This document shows, one piece after another, positions 19,910-20,000 of a stretch of DNA of 20,000 nt. The notes beneath the pieces were generated by a model. It was not told where the DNA came from. It searched no databases and saw only the letters and a program-made list of their open reading frames with translations. The DNA is from Priapulus caudatus. Taxonomy: Eukaryota. The stretch covers positions 335,203 to 355,202 of the forward strand of contig NW_014577089.1 of the NCBI RefSeq assembly GCF_000485595.1, read 5' to 3'. The position numbers were made by a program, and so were the translations under genes. Position 1 is the stretch's first letter. The number at the start of each line of letters is the position of its first letter.

Positions 19910-20000
19910 ACGCTGAGAGGGTCTGGGTTTTGATTTTAGACGCTCCGAGATGCATTCTGCGAAATTCCTTGACTGAAAATTTAGATTCAGCATATATTCA

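Noticed and set aside
19917..20000. Possible start of an interspersed repeat (gggtctggg...gctccgagatgcattctg)
   Set aside because: Truncated by the window edge; no structural evidence available.

Overview
Eukaryotic genomic DNA, probably from an invertebrate animal. The whole window lies inside one intron-rich gene on the + strand: 31 internal exons (35..19395, 4944 nt, 1648 codons, open across all junctions by manual splicing) of an axonemal dynein heavy chain, best matching DNAH10 (inner-arm I1/f alpha type). The exons cover the end of AAA1, AAA2-AAA4, the stalk with its microtubule-binding domain, and AAA5; start and stop codons lie outside the window. Two introns need non-canonical GC-AG splicing (donors at 3323 and 14042). 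The introns hold at least four MITE-like inverted-repeat elements, several micro/minisatellites, two tandem repeats that include an exon/donor junction, and a cluster of RFX X-box-like motifs. I see no convincing evidence of a novel biological system; the findings are gene-structure and repeat-level observations.
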